From NCBI RefSeq assembly GCF_964213995.1, contig NC_135825.1, positions 12,214,001 through 12,278,000 of the forward strand: a DNA stretch of 64,000 bases, given 5' to 3'. The position numbers were made by a program, and so were the translations under genes. Of the stretch, positions 30,671-43,600 are shown piece by piece. Origin of the DNA: Mustelus asterias. Its lineage: Eukaryota. Position 1 is the stretch's first letter. The number at the start of each line of letters is the position of its first letter. The notes below the pieces were generated by a model. It was not told the origin of the DNA, did not search any database, and saw nothing but the letters and a program-made list of their open reading frames with translations.

Positions 30671-31575
30671 CAGGGAATTTCCCATTCTGAGGTTATACAG
30701 GCACATTGTTCCATCCTGGGAAAGTGGAATATATCATTGGAGCGACTGGTATCCAGTGCATGGAAAAATCATGTTGCCAATTCCTTCCAGAATTTGTTCA
30801 TCTTTAAATTGACAAAGATTAAGATAAGAATATGAAACAAGAAATGTAGACATTTAATCAGCAAACAGATCAATTATTCTCCAGATGTCGATATACAACC
30901 TGAAGGTCACAGCCACTGTTTGGATTTTGATTCCTCCACTAAATTTTTGATCCAAATCATGTTGGTTGGTTTTTGTTTTTTTATTAGTGTCACAAGTCGG
31001 CTTACATTAACACTGCAATGAAATTACTGAGAAAATCCCCCAGTCGCCACACTCCGGCGCCAGTTCGGGTCACTGAGCGAGAATTCAGCATGGCCAATGC
31101 ACCCGAACCAACACAACTTTCAGACTTCATTTAATAATGAAAAAACATACTATTATGTAGATTTGTTAAAAGAAATGTTCAAAGCTGGATGAGGATTGAA
31201 TATTTGACCAGGATGCAAAATTGCTTCGATGTAGATGGAATCCCAGAATCTTCATTTTCCCACTTTGGTCCAACTGTGAGAATTGGATTCATTGAGTGAC
31301 TGGAAAAGAAAATCATCAGATTCATTGAGATTGGGAGAACAATGCATCAATTGACATTTCAGTCTTGAACAGAATTCTGGAAATGGCAACAATTTGGGGC
31401 AGTTTCGAGATCACATTGATCGCCCTTTGCATGTGCGCTGGGAAACACTCGTTTGGATCCTTCATGAAGACACGTAACCTTATTTACCCACAGAAAACCA
31501 ATGTTCCCCTGCTGCTGTGATTATGGACAATTGACTGGAGAAATTGATTGCTCTGTCCATGTTTCTAAAAATATT

Positions 31576-31671
31576 TTATACAGTCCAGTTGGTGCTTCCA
31601 GCAACAACATCATTGGGTCTGTGTCTCAGCCTCTTACTGCTGTCTGAATCATTTGAAATCTCTTCCAGTTC
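31576..31671 (-). CDS. Candidate terminal cytoplasmic exon, copy B (ELEEISNDSDSSKRLRHRPNDVVAGSTNWTV*)
   Basis: Acceptor tgtttctggacag, phase 0 matching the TM exon, hydrophilic open frame ending in TAA, in apparently non-repeat sequence. Confidence 0.5.
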   Translation of the reverse strand, partial: ELEEISNDSDSSKRLRHRPNDVVAGSTNWTV

Positions 31672-34600
31672 CTGTCCAGAAACAGTCAGCCCTGTTGCCT
31701 TTTTATAGCCTTTCCAATTTCCTTCCTTATTCTTTTGCTGACAGTTTAATAAGATTGGATGGTAAGATGGAAGGGTTCTTCCATGGATGGGTTACACAGG
31801 AACACAGTAACAAGAGCAGCTCATTCAGCCCCTCGAGCCTGTCACACCAACCTGCAACTCCACACAGACACTCACCCAAGACCAAAATCGAACCTGGGTC
31901 CCTGTCTTATCTAATCCCAGCTGTGAGAATTCTAATTGGCCCAGCATCCACAGATTTTAGGATGGATTAGTTCCAGATTTCCATGACTAGCTGTGTGAAA
32001 ATAATGCTTCCTAATTTTACTCCTAAGTATCTAAGCCCTCACTTTTGGGTTATGGCCCCGTGTACTCCATCTCCCCACTGGGCAAAGAGTTTCTCTGTAC
32101 CCACCATACTGAATCCCATAAAAACTTCAATCACCGATCCCAGCAACCTCCAAGTGTGAGGAAATGCAGCAAATTTGTGCAATCTCTGCACATAATTTAC
32201 TCCATTCTTCCCTGTATCATTCTGATGTATTGATATTGCAGAGATGATGGTTTAGTGTCAATGTCACTGGGCTAGTAATCCAGAGGTTGATAGTAAAGTG
32301 CTGGGAACATGATTTCAACATAGTAGCTGGTGGAATATAAATGCAATGAATTCAATTTCAATTGATGAATGAATCTGGAATTGAAAATCTGACCAATGGT
32401 GACCAGGAAGCTTGTCATCAATTGCTGTAAAAACCCATCTGGTTGGTTGGGGATGGTGATAAACGGTCATAAATTGTCATAAATCCTCACTGATATCCGT
32501 CAGGGAAGGATATCTGTTTTCCTGATGCAGTCTGACCTCCATGTGACCCCAGACCCACCGTGATGTGTTTGATTCCTAACTGTCTTCTGAAATGGCTGAG
32601 CAAGCCACTCGGATCTGGCAATTAGGGATGGGCAACAATTCTGCCCTTGCCAGTGACGTCCACATCCCGTGAAATAGAACAAAAAGACACTGCATCCCTT
32701 CCGAGGCCAATATTTTGTTCCTGTGATTCGGACACCATCCAGAACAAACAATTCAACATTGCATTATAAAATCCTCCAGTGATAAAGTGAAACTTCCATT
32801 TATGAGTGGAAGTTATCCTGGACAAAGTCAGCTGATCACTTCAGGATGGATGCAGCTGCAACAAGGATCAGGAACATTGACACAATCGAAAACAAACAGT
32901 CCCCTTGATCTTTCCTACATAACATCAGCAACACTTCAAAACCAAACCATATAAAATGTAAGATACTTTGGGTGGACTTTCCACCCAAGTTCCTCTGGTG
33001 GGGTGAGGGAGGGAGGAGGGCGGAGGGGGCTGGACAAGAGCAGAAGATCTCGCGAGAGCCCCCAATCATGTTATTACTTTGATGGGAAGTCTCTTTGTGA
33101 TTGTCCCCAGCTCCCATCACTGACATCACAGGATTCCCAACGTTGAACAACATAATCAATTTGCATGTCATTATCAAGACCTGGCACCTGATCAACCCCC
33201 GCTCCCCCCACACCCCCCAACCCTCACTTCCACTGTTCGATGATCCACTCACATCAGTGTGAGGGCACACTGGTGTGCATTATGATTGATGGCCATGGCA
33301 TGTACCAGGAGGAAGTCTCACAACACCAGGTTAAAGTCCAACAGGTTTATTTGGTAGCACAAGCCACTAACTTTTGGAGCGCTGCCCCTTCATCAGGAGA
33401 GTGGGAGTTCTGTTCACAAACAGGGCATATAAAGAGACAAACTCAATTTACAAAATAATTGTTGGAATGGGAGTCTTTACAGATAATCAAGTCTTAAAGG
33501 TACAGACAAGGTGAGTGGAGAGAGGGTTAAGCACAGGTTAAAGTGATGTGTATTGTCTCCAGCCAGGACCACCAGTTACACGGTACATACTCTTGCAACT
33601 CGGCCAACGTTGTCTACCTGATACGCTGCAGGAAAGGATGTTCCGAGGCATGGTACATTGGGGAGACCATGCAGACACGATGACAACGGATGAATGAACA
33701 ATGCTCAACAATTGCCAGGTAAGAGTGTTCTCTTCCTGTTGGGGAGCACTTCAGCAGTCACAGGCATTCGGCCTCTGATCTTCGGGTAAGCGCTCTCCAA
33801 GACGGCCTACATTACACACGACAGCGCAGAGTCGCTGAGCACAGACTGGTAGCCAAGTTCCGCATACAGGAGAACGGCCTCAACCGGGATCTTGGGTTCA
33901 TGTCACACTATCTGTAACCCCCATGACTTGCCTGGGCTTGCAAAATCTCACTAACTGTCCTGGCTGGAGACAATACATATCTCTTTAACCTGTGCTTAAC
34001 CCTCTCTCCACTCACATTGTCTGTACCTTTAACACTTGATTACCTGTAAAATCTCACATTCCAACCATTATTTTGTAAATTGAGTTTGTCTCTTTATATG
34101 TCCTGTTTGTGAACAGAACTCCCACCTCCCTGATGAAGGGGCAGCGCTCCGAAGACCAGTGTCTTGTGCTACCAAATAAACCTGTCAGACTTTAAGCTAG
34201 TGTTGTGAGATTCCTTACTGTGTTTACCCCAGTCCAACGCCCTCATCTCCACAGTATGTACCAGGAGGGCAGACCCACTGCAGATGCTCAGGTGAGTGCA
34301 TCGCTCAAGTTACTATCAAGGAGCAGTGTCCATTCAGTGCCAGGGGTCAGTGCCAGGGTCAGTGTCCATGCAGTGCCAGGGGTCAGTGCCAGTGACAGCG
34401 TCCATGCAGTGCCGGGGTCAGTGCCAGGGTCAGTGTCCATGCAGTGCCAGGGGTCAGTGCCAGCGTCAGTGTCCATGCAGTGCCAGGGGTCAGTGCCAGT
34501 GACAGCGTCCATGCAGTGCCAGGGGTCAGTGCCAGGGTCAGTGTCCATGCAGTGCCAGGGGTCAGTGCCAGGGTCAGTGTCCATGCAGTGCCAGGGGTCA

Positions 34601-37600
34601 GTGCCAGTGACAGCGTCCATGCAGTGCCAGGGGTCAGTGCCAGGGTCAGTGTCCATTCAGTGCCAGGGGTCAGTGCCAGTGTCAGTGTCCATGCAGTGCC
34701 AGGGGTCACAACTGGGGCAGCGTCCATGCAGTGTCAGGGGTCAGTGCCAGAGGCAGTGTCGGGGGGCAGGGCGGGGGTGTGGAGGGGGGGGGGGGCGGTG
34801 CATGAGGTTGTGCAAGGGGAGGGGGGTTCCATTTTCACTTTTGTGCATCAAGTTGACTTTCAAAAATATCATTTTGATCTTGAAGAAACTGAAATTTCTG
34901 GTGGGATGGGCAGTATCCTGTCCCTTCAACATTTATACACATATTCTTCACCATATTTCTTCACCGCCTCTTTTCCTGCCCCTGCCACACTTGGAAATGA
35001 AAGGTAAAATTCCCCCCTGTGTTTAAACCTGTGGACATTGACATCAATGCAAGTTTCTCTGCACAATATCTGTGATAATTACAAAGTGCTCAGAATGATT
35101 GTTGTAAAGTCCATAATCCTCACCTGAGATTTTCTCGTGAACCATGTGACCGAAATCACACAAATCACCAGGAGGGTAAAGAGCCCCCAGCGAATCACAT
35201 TCCAGATGAAGAAACTGAGCAAACTGGAAGAAATACAGAATGATTTGAAGGGAATGAGGCAGCTTCGTGTTTGAAACATGAATCTCCTCTTTACACTGTG
35301 ACCTATTGTAGCAGCATCGCACAGACAAGGCACGTTAGCTGGAGCAATCAACTAAAGTTTCACTGATCAACTTCATGATCATTAGATACAGATCAAATGG
35401 AGCTGGTTTCATTAACTTTCCTCAGTATATCTGGAATGCTGAGTAAAAGCTTAGAAGTAAGAATGTTATGAATTGACTGGTCATTGGGACAGAAACATTG
35501 TCTGGTGCAACATAACATTGGTGAGATATCTGTTCAGTGAGTAAGAAACTTCCAATAACATCATCCCACACTGTTCCAAAGTAGAATCATATTCCACTCA
35601 ATATTAACTCTGCTCCTCTCTTCACAGATGCTGCCGGACCTGCTGAGTTTTCCCAGCACTTTCTGTTTTCATCATCCCACAATTCCCTGGTGCACCTCCT
35701 GACAGGAAATTCGGAACCAGCCGGAAGCAGACGGCCTCAGTTTGGGAACAATGTATTAAACTGGGCAACTGAGAAGGAGAAGATGACAGTGAATGCAATG
35801 TTCCTGTCAGCGATACTCCAGAACACACCGGGTTAAGGGAATCTGGTATCGCTGGAGTGTGACAAACACAACTCCATGAGATTGGGTTCACGGTGAAGTG
35901 ATTAACATGAATAATGAAAACTGCACCATCTAAGGTGTGGCAAACAGAGAAAGCTCACTTCTTAGTCTGAATTTCCACTGACAGAAACAGCAACTTTGTT
36001 AGGAAGCTAACACAATAGCATTATGTAAACACAGCTACCGGGTGGGATGGTGAGCCCGGGTTGGGGGACCACAGGAATGCTGATGGGGATTCAATATCTG
36101 GCAAAACCTGGAAGGCGCAGGCGACTTCATCAGATTCACGGCCATAGTGGGCAAGAACCTGATTTACATACATTTTAATATATTTCCATATCATTAAAGA
36201 CCCCCCCACTCCCCAGATATTGAGCCCTCGCTGTGTTTTCAAACCGGGGCAACGTGACATCACATTGGTGCATTTTACATCAGGTTCACCTGGACATGAT
36301 GGGGAACCCCCTTCCTGGGCAAGAGGGATATGGTCAGGCAGTGGCCTGGCAATGCCCTCTGGCACTCTCCCTTGGCGCAGGTTGGCACTGCCAAGTTGGC
36401 ACCATGCCACCCCAACATTGCCAACCTGGTAGTGCCAACCTGTACCAGTGGCAGTTCCGGGGTGGACCTCAGTGGGAGTCTGATGGGGGAGGGGTTATTC
36501 ATTTACAAGTGAGGGTGGGCCGGAGCGGACAGGGGAGCTGGAGCAGCCGTTTGTGGGAAGGGGCTGGGTTTGTCGGCAATGGCTGTGTGGGTGGAGGGTT
36601 GGAGGGAAGGGCTCCAATGTTCGGGGGGAAGGGGGGTGGTGCCAGCACTGACTGCTGGAGGGGGGGAAAGGTCTGATATTCGGGGGAGGGGTTTGGTGTC
36701 AGCACTGACTGCTGAGGGGTGATGTGGGGGGAGAATTGCTGGCTCATAATAGGAGGATGCCCCGACTCTGACCGGGGTGTGGTGGGATTTGGGGGGAGCC
36801 CCTGAGAGCTCTGTGGTGGGTGGGGGGGAGGTTACATTTAGTTTTGATTGGGCCGCCATGTTTGTGCACTGTCAGCTTACTGCAGCCAGGATTTGCTGGT
36901 GTATCGAGGCCCCGCCCCCTACATGACGATGTGAAGCACGCCCAGCTGTTTTTTTTGTGACAGAGTGTGGTAAGTTCTGGAGAGAAAGACAACCTGCTTC
37001 GAGCCAGAACCAACAGTTTTCAGTAAGATTTCCCTAATATTGTGTTTTATGTTTACGGGGGCTGTTTACAGATTCAGCTTTATTCTGGAGGCAGTCGGTG
37101 TATCAGTAAAACATTCAGTTCAGATGCTGGGAGAGCAGGATAATGGCTCATTTTAGCCATGGAGGGGGGAAGCTAAGCAAAAAATGACTGTTGTTTCCGG
37201 TGAGAAAACCGACAGGTGTCTCTCCAGAGAAACAGGTTAGATTTCTGTGCAGATCTTTGACTGAGAGAGGAAACCGGAGCACACGGAGGAAACTCACGTA
37301 GGTTCAGAGAATGTGCAGACTCCAGGCAGACAGTCACCCAAGGCCAGAATTGAACTTGGATCCCTCGTGCTGCGAGGCAGCACTGCTAACCACAGTGCCT
37401 CTGTGTCACCTGTTGTCATCCTATTGTTAGATCAAAATCCAGGAATTTCTTACCACTCACTTTTCGTCCATGCCACACCAATCTGACCTGTGTCACACAA
37501 CTGCAGTTCTCCCCTGATCTGATGATCACTGACACTGGAACCATTTCTGGGACCTGTGGACATTCACTCCAAGGATTTTCAAATCCTCCACATACCCCAG

Positions 37601-40600
37601 TATCCTCCCATTTATTATCTCACCATTTGCTTTGTTTGACCTGCTCAAATGCATCACCTCACACTTCTCTGGGTTGAATTCCATTTGCCACTTTTCTGCC
37701 CACCTGACCAGTCCATTGATATCTTCCTGCAACCGATAGCAATCCTCCTCGCTATCTACTGCATTAGTAATTTTCATTACATTCCATCTAAATCATTAAT
37801 ATATGCCAGAAAAAACAGGGGACCGAGCACTGAGCATTGGAAACAGCCTTCCAGTCACAAAAACAGCCATCAACAATCATCCTTTGTTTCCTGCCACAAT
37901 TAATTCTTGGCCATTTGTTTACGGAAGTGGGTTTTGAAATTATACAGCACTTTTCATGGCCTTTGGATGGCCTAAAGAATTTTATAATCTGGGAAGTATT
38001 TTTAAACAACCGCCACTGTTGTGATATGGGAGATGTGGCAACCAATTTGCACACAGCAAAATCTCAGAAACAGCAGTGAACTTTGACCAGATCAATATTG
38101 GCCATTTCTTCAGAGATCTCCTTGTCTGCTTTTTCTGTAGATAAGAAGTGACCTGCTGCGTATTTCCAGCAGCTTTTTCATCATTTTGATGTTTAGTTGG
38201 TATTTTTTCCTCATCACCATTGTAACCTCCGTGTTTACATTGGACAACAATTTCTGCTCTTTCTGTGTGTCCCAACTATGTTAGGGGTAGTGGGTTTTAA
38301 CAGAAAAAGAAAATACTTGGTTTGCACACGTAGATTCAAGCAAGCACAAACCAGGTTTTATTGATGAGCTGCTCTCTGCACTGCATCAAGTACAAAACTG
38401 ACAGTCACACAGCAGCCTGAGCACGCACCCTAATGACATCACATCAAATCAACCCATTTTAAAACTCACACCTTCATGATGAAGCGAACACAACAACATC
38501 CCGCCAAGGTTTCTGATCTGAGAGTTATTGAAAAATGATGCCCAGTCTCCCCGATCGTCAGAGACTGGACATATGACCCAAGATGTGTGTCAGGACCCTG
38601 CAGATGACCCAACATGATGATCTCCATGGGAATTGCCTGGGACATTGGAACTTCCAACGGACAATTCTGCTGTACCCTGGGTCCCTCTGTGAAAATCTTC
38701 AGCTCTGGGTAAGAGTCAGACACTTCAAACAATTCCATGGGGCTTAACTGGATAGTTACCCAGGAAATGTTAGACTGAAAGAATCAAGTTTAATTCCTGG
38801 GTAATCACAGAACTGACCCCCGAATAATCACACTGACCCCCTGGAGTCCCCCCAATCCTCTGATTAACCCCCTGACACACCAACTATCACCCCACACTCC
38901 GCCAATTCCACCTGATCTTGTGACTATGCCACAACCTGAGCCAATCCGATTATTCCCTCTGACTACCCTTTGCACCCACCACTTGATTACCCAATGTCCA
39001 AATCTGATTAGCCCCCAAACCAGGCTACCCCTGCCAACCTGACCCAATTGCCACACTATTCATCTACCACCTCATCAACCTACAACCTCACCCACCTGCA
39101 ACCCTACCCTCCTGTCACTTCATCAACAGACTACCTCACCCAACTGCCACTCTACCCACCTCACACGCTTGTGACCTCACTCATCTGTTTTCTCACCCAC
39201 CTACCATCCTTGCCTCCGACTAGCAACACATCTATACACCTGTCTCCCTATCCATCTTTCACCCGACCCACCTGTGCTCCTACAGAGTTCCGATGGAGTT
39301 CTCCGAGGGACACTGCGCTCCACAGTTCTGGAGAATCTGGAGTCGGAAGATCAGGCAAGAAATGTGGAGCTGAGTCGAGGGTGGAAAGCTTCAAGCGGAG
39401 TGGCAATCCAACAATGATTGCTGCTCTGTGACTGGCCCAGGACAATAAATGACATCCATTCTCACGCCAAAGTTGTTAAAGAGGATTTAATCACTCACAC
39501 AGAAGCCATGTCATTTAAACACTAACAATAAAAACAGCGTACCTTTCAGCAAATTTGGAGTTTGGAATTGAGGAATGTGTTGGCGATACTGTTAAAATTT
39601 CACAAGAATTTTCAGGTCCGACTGAAAGAAGGAAACAACATTCAGATCAGCCTCATTTTCATTGTCGTTAACTGAGAGAGTCACATTGTCAAGTGGCACC
39701 TCAACCTGAGGGAGAACCACGTTGAGGGAGCGCCTCTTCTTGGGATGTGGGTGTCGCTGTTTAGGCCAGCAATTATTGCCCATCCCTAATTGCCCTTGAG
39801 AAGGTGGTCATGAGATGCCTCTTGAACCGATGCAGTCCATGTGGTGTAGGTACATCCACTGTGCAGTGAGGGAGGGAGCACCCATCGCATCTGCGCCAGT
39901 CAAAAACAAACCACCTGACTATTCCAAACCCAGTTTCCAGCACTTGGCCCATAGCTCTGTGTGCCTTGGCATCACGAGTGCACATCTAAATAATTCTTAA
40001 ATGTTATGAGGGTCTGTAAGACACCAGGAAAACTTGCCTATTCCTCCTGGAAGAGGGCCATGAAATCATTTACATTTAGCTCAAAGGATGCATGGATCAG
40101 CAGTTCAACCAGACAATAGCACCGTCAACAGCAGAGCGCAATCTCCGTGCTGTACAGTGATATCAACCCCTTTCTCGGAAGGAGAATTTGAACTCACAAT
40201 CCATTGGTTTCAGAAATCAGGCTGCTACCAACTGAGCCCCTTCTGACACTGACATATTTGAATATTAAACATTCAAACTGGTTATAGTCCTCATTAATTC
40301 AGGACTATCGTTAGTGTTTATGTTAACACTGAGTAATTCAGTGTTTAGAACATGGAATTCTGAGATTTTGAGCAGCATTTTGTGATGATAGAATTTTTCG
40401 GCAAAGAAGGAAATTTGGTCCATTGCCCTCCATCGCTATGAAAGAATTTGCCATTTAGAATCAGAGAATCCATGCAGCGCACAAGGAGGCCATTTGGCCC
40501 ATCGAGTCTACAACGACACTCCCATTGTTGTGTCTTTTCCCCAAATCCTCCTAAATGTCTGCTCCTTTTTTGCTTCCCTTGTGAAAGCTGTTATTGATTC

Positions 40601-43600
40601 TGTTTCTAACGCAATCCATATCTTAACAATCATTTGCATCAATAAAATTCTCCCAATTTCTCCCGCTGTCCTTGTTGTGATGATCTTAACTGGATTCTCT
40701 CGAGTATTCACTCACTTACTACTGGAAATAATTAGTCTCAATTTATCTTATCAAAGCTTCAAATAATTTTGAATAGATTTAGCAGACTATTTCCTTCTAT
40801 TCTAATGATTCTTTGCCGGTGTTAGCTGTTGGGAGCACTCTTGTATCTGCAGCCACAAGGATCTGTGTTCTCGCCCTACTCTAGGAATCAAAAATCAAAG
40901 CTGAAACTCCTGTGCAGTACTGAGGAAGTGCTGCACTGTTGGAGGTGCTGCCTTTCGGATGGGATGTTGAACTGAGTCCCCAATCTGCCTGCTCTATGGG
41001 CGGCATGGTGGCACAGTGGTTGGCACTGTTGCCTCACAGCGCCAGAGACCCGGGTTCAAATCTGGCCTTGCGTGACTGTCTGTGTGGAATTTGCACATTC
41101 TCCCCGTGTCTGCGTGGGTTTCCTCCGGGCACTCTGGTTTCCTCCCTCAGTCCAAAGATGTGCGGGTAGGTGGATTCGCCAAGCTAAATTGCCCCTTAGT
41201 GTCAGGGGGAACTAGCTGGGGTAAATGCATGGGATTATGGGGATAAGGCCTGGGTGGGATTGACGTTGGCGGAGACTCGATGCGTCAAATGGTCTCCTTC
41301 TGCACTGTAAGATTCTATGGATTCTATGAAACTATGGATGTATAAGATCGATGGCACTTGATCTCCTGAAGAAAAACAGAAGCGTTATCCGAAATCACCC
41401 GGCGATATTTATCCCTCAATCAAAAACAGGTTATCAGTTCATTATTTTGAGTTTGCTGTGTGTAAATTGGCTGCTGTGTTTCCTGCCTCACAACAGTGAC
41501 AGTGCTTCAAAAAGCATTTCATTGGTTGTAAAGCGCTTCGAGAAGTCAGATGACTGTGAAAATAAATGGAAGACATTCTTTCATTTTGTAAGTGAGACCT
41601 CTTAAGATGCTATCATTTCACATCAACTCTTCAACTCTCTATCCTTACGATTCATCCTAAAGCAAGAGACATCAGCTAAAGATTGTTATTCACAATTTGA
41701 TCTCCAAGAAATGGGAACAGGAATGGTTAATGGAGACCTTGTCAGTCAAGTTCTATTTAATATTAATGGGATTACTGCAACATTTAGACATGTTTGGGGA
41801 ATATTTTATGATCCTGATATTTTCAATCAATATTTTAATCAGTAACTTTGTTCCGAGTTGTTGAGGGACAAAGCAGAGTGAATTTTGTCAGTTGCAGTCA
41901 TTCAGAGAGACATTAGGAACCGAACCAGCAACCAGCTTATTTAGAACTTAGAACATAGAACATAGAACAGTACAGCACAGAACAGGCCCTTCGGCCCACA
42001 ATGTTGTGCCGAGCTTTATCTGAAACCAAGATCAAGCTATCCCACTCCCTATCATCCTGGTGTGCTCCATGTGCCTATCCAATAACCGCTTAAATGTTCC
42101 TAAAGTGTCTGACTCCACTATCACTGCAGGCAGTCCATTCCACACACCAACCACTCTCTGCGTAAAGAACCTACCTCTGGTATCCTTCCTGTGTCTCCCA
42201 CTACGAACCCTATAGTTATGCCCCCTTGTAATAGCTCCATCCACCCGAGGAAATAGTCTTTGAACGTTCACTCGATCTATCCCCTTCATCATTTTATAAA
42301 CTTCTATTAAGTCTCCCCTCAGCCTCCTCTGCTCCAGAGAGAACAGCCCTAGCTCCCTCAACCTTTCCTCATAAGACCTACCCTCCAAACCAGGCAGCAT
42401 CCTGGTAAATCTCCTCTGCACCCTTTCCAGCGCTTCCACATCCTTCTTATGTGAGGTGACCAGAACTGCACACAATATTCCAAATGTGGTCTCACCAAGG
42501 TCCTGTACAGTTGCAGCATAACCCCACGGCTCTTAAACTCCAACCCCCTGTTAATAAAAGCTAACACACTATAGGCCTTCTTCACAGCTCTATCCACTTG
42601 AGTGGCAACCTTTAGAGATCTGTGGATATGAACCCCAAGATCTCTCTGTTCCTCCACAGTCTTCAGAACCCTACCTTTGGCCCTGTAATCCACATTTAAA
42701 TTAGTCCTACCAAAATGAATCACCTCACATTTATCAGGGTTAAACTCCATTTGCCATTTTTCAGCCCAGCTTTGCATCCTATCTATGTCTCTTTGCAGCC
42801 TACAACAGCCCTCCACCTCATCCACTACTCCACCAATCTTGGTGTCATCAGCAAATTTACTGATCCACCCTTCAGCCCCCTCCTCTAAGTCATTAATAAA
42901 AATCACAAAGAGCAGAGGACCAAGCACTGATCCCTGCGGCACTCCGCTAGCAACCTGCCTCCAATCCGAAAATTTTCCATCCACCACCACCCTCTGTCTT
43001 CGATCAGACAGCCAGTTACCTATCCAATCGGCCAACTTTCCCTCTATCCCACACCTCCTCACTTTCATCATAAGCCGACCATGGGGGACCTTATCAAACG
43101 CCTTACTGAAATCCATGTATATGACATCAACTGCCCTACCTTCATCAACACACTTAGTTACCTCCTCAAAAAATTCTATCAAATTTGTGAGGCACGACTT
43201 GCCCTTGACGAATCCGTGCTGACTATCCCGGATTAATCCGCATCTTTCTAAATGGTCGTAAATCCCATCTCTTAGGACCTTTTCCATCAATTTACCAACC
43301 ACCGAAGTAAGACTAACCGGTCTATAATTACCAGGGTCATTTCTATTCCCTTTCTTAAACAGAGGAACAACATTCGCCATTCTCCAGTCCTCTGGCACCA
43401 TCCCCGTGGACAGAGAGGACCCAAAGATCAAAGCCAAAGGCTCTGCAATTTCATCCCTTGCCTCTCAAAGAATCCTAGGATACATTTCATCAGGCCCAGG
43501 GGACTTTTCGACCTTCAGTTTATTCAAAACTGCCAGGACATCCTCCCTCCGAACATCTATTTCCTCCTATTTCAACTATCACTTACCAACGCTGTTGATC

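Noticed and set aside
34205-35026. 273-aa repetitive ORF (SVSMQCQG repeats) and overlapping ORFs
   Set aside because: Artefact of a stop-free 36-bp minisatellite; no gene context.
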